The notes under the pieces: generated by a model
Told to the model about the DNA's origin: nothing
The model's database searches: none
The model's input: the letters and a program-made list of their open reading frames with translations, nothing else
Made by a program: the position numbers and the translations under genes
Origin: Thermoplasmata archaeon
GTDB lineage: Archaea > Thermoplasmatota > Thermoplasmata > UBA10834
DNA length: 64,000 bases
Direction: 5' to 3'
Assembly: GCA_035529455.1 (NCBI GenBank)
Contig: DATKWQ010000022.1
Span: 7,418 to 71,417 of the forward strand
In this document: positions 58,501-64,000 of the stretch, in pieces
Numbering within the stretch: position 1 is the stretch's first letter
Layout of the letters: each line of letters opens with the position of its first letter

Positions 58501-59965
58501 GTCGTACCTGAAGGCGCTCGAGATAGACCCCTCTGACAAAGTGGCTTGGCACAGGCTCGGGCTGCTCTACGTCGAGATGGAGATGTTCATAGAGGCAAAC
58601 GACTGTTTCGACCGCACGCTGGAGCTCGATGACTCCAATTCCAAGGTCTGGATGAGCAAAGGGTTCGTCATGGAGAAGCTCGAGACGTTCGAGGAGGCAG
58701 CCTCAGCATACGACAGGGCAATCGGCCTGGACTCCAATGACAAGGAGGCCTGGAAGAGCAAGGGATACGCGCTGCTCGAGCTGGGAAGCCCTGAGCAGGC
58801 TCTGCGATGCTTCGACCACGCGTTGACCATCGACCCCTATTTCGAGGCGGCCTCCGAGGGGCGGAACGCGGCTGAGCAGGAGATCCGCAACACCAAGATA
58901 GAGGACTACTCGCGAGCAGTCCTGGATTTCGAGTACTCACACGGTAGGCCGGTGTCTAAAGAGGAGGCCTTCAGGGTCTGCGGCATCCCGTACGCCTTCC
59001 TGAACGACGTCCTCAGCTACCTGAACGACGATGGCGAGATGAAACTGTCAGAGCTCCAGATGGACAGCTTCAAAAGATACGAGCATCTCTCGAGGGAGGT
59101 CCTCGTAGCGACCATGCTCAAGCGGGACCTCTCAGTCCACGGACTGCGGCTGTGCGACATCACGGTGAACTTCCCCGAGCTGAAGGTCTCCAGCGCGAAA
59201 CGCATACTCAACTACGTCCGCGCAGTTGAGGAGCATCAGTTCAGCCCTGAGGTCACGGACCAGCAGACTGACTCGCAGTTGAGACAGGCGCTCGAACTCC
59301 CCGACGACCAGAAGAACGTCCTGGGATTGATTAGGAACCTGGGCGTTGGCGTTTACCAGGCAAGGCAGCTAGTGACCATACTCATGACTTTCCACGACGC
59401 CGGCGTCGAGTCTCCGACGATAACGCTCAGGTCGATAGTGAGTGAGAGCTACGGAGACTATTCACCTTACGAGGGGGGAACACTCGCGCCCACGCCTGCA
59501 AAGCACAGAGGACGCGCACCTCCAGCGGACGACGGATACGAGGCTGATGAAGACTACGAGGAAGACGAGGCGGAGGAGGAGCCACCGCCACACAGGAAGA
59601 CGACCAAGAGCCGCTCACAGAAGCCGGCGAGAGGCGCAGCGAGGAAGGCGTCGGCCGATGATGAAGAGGATGACGAGCCCGATGACGCCCCAGCCGACCT
59701 AGTAGGCAGGCGTTGCCTTTTCCACGGTGGGGTGGCTGTAAGCAGATGCTCCAAATGCAAAGCCGTGCTATGCAAGGAATGCATCAGGGGTTCGGACAAA
59801 TGTCCGCGGTGCAATGCCCCCTTGAAGAGAGGTTCCACGAAGAAGATGCCTCTGGAAGAGGACGATGAGGCGGAAGAAGACTCCGAACCCGTGGCCAAGC
59901 CGCCCAAGAAGCCGCGGCGAAAGGGCGACGAAAGCGGAAAGCTCGAGGACCTCTCACGGCTGTGA
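55505..59965 (+). CDS. Giant TPR-repeat protein (more than 30 TPR units) with C-terminal winged-helix-like region, acidic/basic tail and terminal zinc ribbon
   Basis: 1486 aa; N-terminal coiled coil, then continuous 34-aa TPR units (ALKLDP/AL.IDP recurrences); tail DDGYEADEDYEEDEAEEE...; CLFHGGVAVSRCSKCKAVLCKECIRGSDKCPRCNAPL; Lys-rich end. Confidence 0.8.
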   Translation: MIYEDKSFSRLNKGEQGLGIFDSLLNKEKKLLTRANKELAKVDSLISSGRRDEAFSTLKKQISTLNEGMGSIAKMKPEFSRLLSTMGSKSSTLGEYSTGEDCAKVALQLNPKNPEAMVVLGQTALKLGRGEEATSWLKKATEQEPKSSVYWALLGGTHEALEEITDAIACYRRVLELVPDDITHYDKILEHDAKDVDIIRRKANALVRLKRYEEAITVFQKGIDIQPKDKDLWIGMGAALNYNDKPEDAINALNKALKLDPKDAYILDNIGRIQHKLGNRKEALKCFSEAVKMEPSSAVLWNELGVVQEELNSFDQAIAAFDNALKIEENNLNVLLNKKKTLMKSERFADAIGVCDRIILLSPKDHESIFDKSRALHALERYDEALTFVEASLMLSPDARNAMKLKKETLICLNRHADVVAWSNRILSVNSGDYETMHDKGIALVKLGKVHDAIKTFERALKAAPDQLPLLDSLKEAYKQIKKDAEVVDVCDRILSIDPSDKKANFDKAVALDRMDRVDEAVITYLAALKNDPNNADVFYNIAALFLRIGKNKESLDYIKQGISSDPSNASLWRLKGKATFAEKDFQESVNSWEKALKLDPDDLATGKHLGRALMELKRYEEALARFDSVIKADPNDVEAWILKADALQWLENIDGALAAIKQALKLTPNAANLLLKMGRLLTRLDRREEALAAYDSALAVSVKDLEVLNEKKELLRSLKRYDDVIQTCDEILTVSPNDKEAYVDRGSASLLLKKPNDALYAFNKALAIDDEDLDTLELKKLALKELDDNEAVVDVCDRIIELSPKNKITLADRAGALEKLGRFDEALESYGRAIALDPKDLFLWNRKGSLLLNGGKAAQAAEAFDHALKLDGNQPFVLNNRGKSYLELRRYEEALADFNKAIEILPKVPEFHTDQGRALASMGRYDESIDSFTEARRYTPNDISALKYMGMALLKLNRISEALGCFDEAIRQGSLDRDLWTSKAKASEAAGEKQEAARSYLKALEIDPSDKVAWHRLGLLYVEMEMFIEANDCFDRTLELDDSNSKVWMSKGFVMEKLETFEEAASAYDRAIGLDSNDKEAWKSKGYALLELGSPEQALRCFDHALTIDPYFEAASEGRNAAEQEIRNTKIEDYSRAVLDFEYSHGRPVSKEEAFRVCGIPYAFLNDVLSYLNDDGEMKLSELQMDSFKRYEHLSREVLVATMLKRDLSVHGLRLCDITVNFPELKVSSAKRILNYVRAVEEHQFSPEVTDQQTDSQLRQALELPDDQKNVLGLIRNLGVGVYQARQLVTILMTFHDAGVESPTITLRSIVSESYGDYSPYEGGTLAPTPAKHRGRAPPADDGYEADEDYEEDEAEEEPPPHRKTTKSRSQKPARGAARKASADDEEDDEPDDAPADLVGRRCLFHGGVAVSRCSKCKAVLCKECIRGSDKCPRCNAPLKRGSTKKMPLEEDDEAEEDSEPVAKPPKKPRRKGDESGKLEDLSRL

Positions 59966-59973
59966 GGAAGCGC

Positions 59974-60450
59974 CTATCCGTGTAGGCGCTTGGTCAGGTC
60001 AGCAACCCTCTGACCATATCTGACACACACCTTCTCCACGCGCTTATCGGGCTTCTTTATCGACACAGGCCCATAGTGGTCTCCCTCGGAATCTCCGCAT
60101 ATGACCATCCCGTGTATCAGCAACGCCTCGAGTATCGCGATGACCGTCGTCTCATTGCCGCCTCCGACGTTGTGGCTTGAGGAGAACGCCCCGCCCACCT
60201 TTCCGTCGAGCTCGCCGTGGTATCTGATACTCCTGTCGAGGAGCTTCTTGACCTCAGCGGACATCAGGCCATAGTATGTGGGAGACCCAATCACGATCCC
60301 GTCATAACCCAGGAGAGATTTCGGTGTCACGCTGGCGACGTCCTTGGTATCGACATCGACCTTCCTAGACCGAACCCCCTTCTCTATAAGCTGAGCCATC
60401 TTCTTGGTGTTGCCCGTGCGCGAGTAGTAGCATATCAATATCTTCGGCAT
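59974..60450 (-). CDS. Flavodoxin-like FMN protein (WrbA/multimeric flavodoxin family)
   Basis: MPKILICYYSRTGNTKKMAQ... FMN-binding T/SxTGNT loop, GSPTYYG; ATG at 60450 with a GGTGAT SD-like sequence. The ORF-track N-terminal extension is rejected. Confidence 0.7.
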   Translation of the reverse strand: MPKILICYYSRTGNTKKMAQLIEKGVRSRKVDVDTKDVASVTPKSLLGYDGIVIGSPTYYGLMSAEVKKLLDRSIRYHGELDGKVGGAFSSSHNVGGGNETTVIAILEALLIHGMVICGDSEGDHYGPVSIKKPDKRVEKVCVRYGQRVADLTKRLHG

Positions 60451-60596
60451 CCTGATCACCGTCACACCCGACATAGGCCGGCGATGGCTTAGTAATTTCC
60501 GGGGACGCCTGCAGTCCATGTGGCGATGGTCGGTCGGACGCAAACCTTGAATAGGTCACGGATTCCTTGTCCTTCGCACCGAGGAGCACTGGCACG

Positions 60597-61085
60597 ATGC
60601 GTATCTGCAATAGATGCCGACAGGAGACCGAGGCGATGTTCTGCCCAAGATGCAAGGTGTTGACGTCCATTCCCAGAGAGAGAGTCGCATCCATCACATC
60701 TGCTCAGGGAGAGACTTTCGAGTGCACGGTGTGGCAAGGCTCCAACAGGTCGAGGGGCATCGATGTCAAGGCGGACGACAGGGACAAGTACTTCTCGAAG
60801 CACCACGACATGGTCATCCTCCACATCGAAGGGCTGCGAACAGTTGCCAAGCTGGGGACAGGATTCTGGAAGAAGCCGGCTATCATCAAGAACGCCCTAG
60901 GAGACGACGGAAAGGACCAATTGGCCAAGTTCCTCTCGAAGCATCATCTGCTGCCTCCTGAGCAGTCCGTCAAGGAGAAGGGCATAGTCGACACGCTCAT
61001 ATTCGAAGTGGTGGCCCCGTCCGAGGAGTTCAAGGTGTCGGTCGTCGAGAGGTCACAGGCTGAGGAAAACCGGGAAGTCGACTAG
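60597..61085 (+). CDS. Hypothetical protein with N-terminal zinc ribbon
   Basis: MRICNRCRQETEAMFCPRCK CxxC-x9-CxxC, followed by a roughly 130-aa uncharacterized domain. GAGGAG lies 11 nt upstream of the ATG at 60597. Confidence 0.4.
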   Translation: MRICNRCRQETEAMFCPRCKVLTSIPRERVASITSAQGETFECTVWQGSNRSRGIDVKADDRDKYFSKHHDMVILHIEGLRTVAKLGTGFWKKPAIIKNALGDDGKDQLAKFLSKHHLLPPEQSVKEKGIVDTLIFEVVAPSEEFKVSVVERSQAEENREVD

Positions 61086-62281
61086 ACCAGCTCGAGCTGC
61101 TTCCCGACTGTCTCGAAGGCGGCGATCGCCTCATCGAGGTCTTCCCTGGACAGTCCCGCGTTCATTATCGTCCGGATCCTCGCGCCATCCCTGGAGACCA
61201 TTGGGAACACGATAGGCAGGGCGAAGACGCCGAGGCCGAAGAGCCGGTCGCTGAAAGTCTTGGCGGCGGTGCTCTCGCCAATCATGATCGGCACGATCGG
61301 GGTCATGCTCTTGCCCGTGTCGAAGCCGATATCCTGGACACCTTTCCTGAAGTACTCGGTGTTCTCCCATAGACTCCTGACATGCTGTGGTTCCGTCTCA
61401 AGGACGTCGATGGCCGCGACACAGGCGGCCACCACAGCGGGAGGGTGGGACCCGCTCAGAAGCCACGTCCTCGACTTGTTCAGTGCGAAGTTGACGAGGT
61501 CCTTGCTCCCGGAGATATGGCCACCGACCACCCCGAAGGCTTTGGAGAAGGTGCCCATCTCCACATGCACGGAGTCGCGGTCGAGCTTGAAGTGGGAGAC
61601 TATGCCCCTGCCACCTTCGCCGAGGACGCCCTCACCATGAGCGTCATCGACATAGACCATCGCGCCGTGTTCTTTTGCTATCCTCGCGATGTGGTCCAAC
61701 GGTGCGACATCGCCGTCCATGCTGAACACGCCGTCCGTGATCACGAGTATCCGGCGATATGGCGGCGAATGCTTCTCCGCCTGTCGTAGCACCTCCTCCA
61801 GGTGTGACGGGTCGCAATGCCCGTAGACCGCCCTGTCGGCCTTCGAGAGCCTCACACCGTCGATTATGCTGCCATGATTGAGCTCATCGCTCACTATGAG
61901 ATCGCCCGAATCTGCCAACTGTGGGATCAGACCCGCATTGGCTGCGAAACCAGTCTGATAAACCAGGGACGCCTCCGCCCCTTTGAATCCGGCCAAGCGC
62001 TGTTCCAGTTCGATGTGGATGTCCATGTTCCCGGCGATAGGCCTGACCGAGCCGGACCCCGCTCCGTGGCTCATGACGGCCGCGGCGGCCGCATCCTTCA
62101 GCCTCGGGTGGTTGCTCAGATTGAGATAATTGTTCGAGCAGAGCATCAGCACTTCCCGGCCGTCCACTCTGCATCGGGGAGTGCTTGCTCCTTGAAGGGT
62201 TCTAAGCCTCCAATCCAGCTCCTTGCTCACGAGAGCGTCATACTCTTCCCCGAGGAATGATATCGGATCCCTCAAAGACAT
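61082..62281 (-). CDS. kbl: 2-amino-3-ketobutyrate CoA ligase (glycine C-acetyltransferase), AONS family
   Basis: PLP Lys in GTFSKAFGVVGG, CSNNYLNLSNHPRL, DDAHGEGVLG. Placement directly downstream of tdh on the same strand supports Kbl rather than BioF. Confidence 0.85.
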   Translation of the reverse strand: MSLRDPISFLGEEYDALVSKELDWRLRTLQGASTPRCRVDGREVLMLCSNNYLNLSNHPRLKDAAAAAVMSHGAGSGSVRPIAGNMDIHIELEQRLAGFKGAEASLVYQTGFAANAGLIPQLADSGDLIVSDELNHGSIIDGVRLSKADRAVYGHCDPSHLEEVLRQAEKHSPPYRRILVITDGVFSMDGDVAPLDHIARIAKEHGAMVYVDDAHGEGVLGEGGRGIVSHFKLDRDSVHVEMGTFSKAFGVVGGHISGSKDLVNFALNKSRTWLLSGSHPPAVVAACVAAIDVLETEPQHVRSLWENTEYFRKGVQDIGFDTGKSMTPIVPIMIGESTAAKTFSDRLFGLGVFALPIVFPMVSRDGARIRTIMNAGLSREDLDEAIAAFETVGKQLELV

Positions 62282-62285
62282 CCCC

Positions 62286-63353
62286 TCACCATTCAGGCGT
62301 CAACGAGACCTTCGCGGATTGACGATTGCGGATCAGCTCCATGCCAGAGGCTATGTCTCTGATCGGCAACGTGTGTGAGACTATATGCGAGAGCTTCTCG
62401 CGGAAGTCCTCGTTCTCGAGGACGTTGTACATCTCCTCCCAGGTCTCGAACATCTTCCTGCCCGTAATCCCATGGACAACCGCGGACTTGAAGGTAATGG
62501 CATTGTTGACATCTATCATCACAGGGTCGGGGTACAGTCCCAATATCGACACACGTCCTCCCGGAGTGAGCACGTCGAAGGCCTGTCTAAGCGCCGCAGG
62601 CGCCCCGGACATCTCGAGAGAGATATCCACTCCGTCCCCGTCAGTCTCGCCCATCACGGCGGATTTCAGCCTCTCGCTTCCGATCGAGGCATCCAGAACC
62701 ACATCGGCGCCCATCCTCTTGGCCAAGTCGAATCGGACGCGCTCGTCTGCCATCTCGGAGGCAATCACCTTGCGGGCGCCCAGCACCTTGAGCATGGCAA
62801 TGGCCATGAGGCCTATCGGGCCACATCCGGCGACGAAAACTGTCATTCCGCGTATCTTGTCCGCGCATTCGTCAGGGAGTACTGTGAAGGTGGCGTTTCC
62901 CAGGGGTTCCAGAAGAGAGCCCAGCTTGGGGTCTAGGTTCTCGGGCAGCTTCCTAGCATTCATGGAAGGGATGCGTATGTATTCGGCGAACACGCCGTCC
63001 GTGTCGACGCCGAGAATCTTCATGTTCCTGCATATATGCATCCTGCCGGTCCTGCACTGGTAACACTCCCGGTCGACAATGTGAGTCTCAGCTGCCACGA
63101 TATCGCCTATCTCTACAGACTCGACTGCGGAGCCCTTCTCGACCACCTCGCCGCAGGCTTCGTGTCCGAAAATGATGGGGAGGTTCTTGATGCGCTTCTC
63201 CGCCCAGTGGTTCCAGTACCATATGTGGACGTCCGTCCCGCAGATGGAGCTATGCCTCATCTCCAGTAAGACTTCGTCCTTTCCGACCTCGGGCTTGTTG
63301 ACAGACTCGATATCAGCGCCAGCCGCCCTTCGTTTCTTAACAACAGCATACAT
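62286..63353 (-). CDS. tdh: L-threonine 3-dehydrogenase (zinc-dependent MDR family)
   Basis: SSICGTDVHIW, GHEACGEV, Rossmann motif FVAGCGPIGL; TATA-like cacttaataacg roughly 45 nt upstream (63388-63398). Confidence 0.85.
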   Translation of the reverse strand: MYAVVKKRRAAGADIESVNKPEVGKDEVLLEMRHSSICGTDVHIWYWNHWAEKRIKNLPIIFGHEACGEVVEKGSAVESVEIGDIVAAETHIVDRECYQCRTGRMHICRNMKILGVDTDGVFAEYIRIPSMNARKLPENLDPKLGSLLEPLGNATFTVLPDECADKIRGMTVFVAGCGPIGLMAIAMLKVLGARKVIASEMADERVRFDLAKRMGADVVLDASIGSERLKSAVMGETDGDGVDISLEMSGAPAALRQAFDVLTPGGRVSILGLYPDPVMIDVNNAITFKSAVVHGITGRKMFETWEEMYNVLENEDFREKLSHIVSHTLPIRDIASGMELIRNRQSAKVSLTPEW

Positions 63354-63453
63354 CGAATGCTGCCCCTTCCTCGCTCATCTTGGATGACGATATCCTCGTT
63401 ATTAAGTGATTTGAATGTACCACCAAGTCGAATGTCAACCGCGGCGGCCTAAC

Positions 63454-64000
63454 CTACCGGTCTATGTCTTCCCCGCCTTCGAGCGCTCCCTGGGCGGCCA
63501 CGTAGATTTCCCGTAGACCCTCCCATGTCTCAGCACTCACCAGGTTCAGCTCCGCCGTGGAACCCATCGTGTCCAATGCCTGGAGCAGCTCGAGGCTGAT
63601 CTGTGTCTGGGCGTCTATAGACTCATCGCACAATGCGCTCCATAGCGCCTCGAGGTCGCAGCTCCACATCTTCAACATGCTGGCGTCGGACTCCGAGAGG
63701 AGGTCGGCTTTCGCGAGGATGGGTATCAACGGCAAAGGTAGCCTGAAATGGACTGTCGATGACAGCAGCAGGGATGTGACAAAGCCGTTCGGGTTCCTGG
63801 CGAGCACCGGGTCGAACAGATACGCAAGGGCGGACCTCTCCAGGTCGAGGGCCTCGACCACCGTCTTGCTGCTCTGTCGGAACGCGAACAGCTCGAGCTG
63901 TCCGGGCGTGTCGACCAAGATGTAGTCCGTGTTGAATCCATCGATGACCTCCACCACCTCGCCGATATTGAGCGCCAACATGTCGGCCGCGAGTATCTGA
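63454..64000 (-). CDS. GPN-loop GTPase (partial; N-terminal P-loop region lies beyond the window end)
   Basis: YILVDTPGQLELF (GPN-family DTPGQ-E-F motif) and NPNGF (GPN-loop-like). The reading frame stays open to position 64000, so the gene is 5'-truncated by the window edge. Confidence 0.6.
   Translation of the reverse strand, partial: QILAADMLALNIGEVVEVIDGFNTDYILVDTPGQLELFAFRQSSKTVVEALDLERSALAYLFDPVLARNPNGFVTSLLLSSTVHFRLPLPLIPILAKADLLSESDASMLKMWSCDLEALWSALCDESIDAQTQISLELLQALDTMGSTAELNLVSAETWEGLREIYVAAQGALEGGEDIDR

Noticed and set aside
1-64000. CRISPR arrays, cas genes, integrases, transposases, restriction-modification or toxin-antitoxin pairs
   Set aside because: No regularly spaced direct repeats with unique spacers and no proteins with the corresponding catalytic motifs were seen; defense or mobile content appears absent from this window.

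Overview
This is a high-GC (about 60%) archaeal chromosomal segment with roughly 50 densely packed genes on both strands. Archaeal hallmarks read directly from the sequence: glycerol-1-phosphate dehydrogenase (EgsA), membrane-bound LonB, Hel308 helicase, KEOPS Cgi121, archaeal NMN adenylyltransferase, three proteins ending in a PEF-CTERM sorting signal, a tRNA with an intron at the canonical 37/38 position, and TATA-like elements upstream of genes. The lineage is not resolved; a Euryarchaeota/Thermoplasmatota-like guess is low confidence. Most of the content is core metabolism and information processing: RtcB, an HD-domain dNTPase-like protein, three KaiC-like ATPases, a SepF-like protein, a PUA-domain protein, TPR proteins, a histidine kinase plus receiver pair, EgsA, an M14 carboxypeptidase, a MoaD/SAMP-like protein, a class II ribonucleotide reductase carrying an intein, Isf, an OB-fold plus HD nuclease, TrpB2, PurC, an aminotransferase, NadM-PncC, LonB, Hel308, Cgi121, a split FtcD, TldD/PmbA, HutH, a mevalonate-entry operon (regulator-HMGCS-thiolase-DUF35), tRNA-Pro, an ABC transporter, a PEF-CTERM papain-like peptidase, an intron-containing tRNA-Gly, a giant TPR protein, a flavodoxin, Tdh-Kbl and a partial GPN-loop GTPase. 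No CRISPR array, integrase or transposase was seen. The most unusual items are: a 1504-aa cytoplasmic protein made of about 20 degenerate 63-aa helical repeats ending in a CARDB-like domain and a zinc ribbon; a multi-zinc-ribbon, BNR-like, PEF-CTERM membrane protein with an 18-nt tandem repeat; the intein in nrdJ; phased TGATAAC repeats in the nrdJ/moaD intergenic region; and a tRNA-flanked peptidase/ABC segment showing gene decay (an ABC ATPase pseudogene fragment) and about 770 nt of unexplained non-coding DNA.
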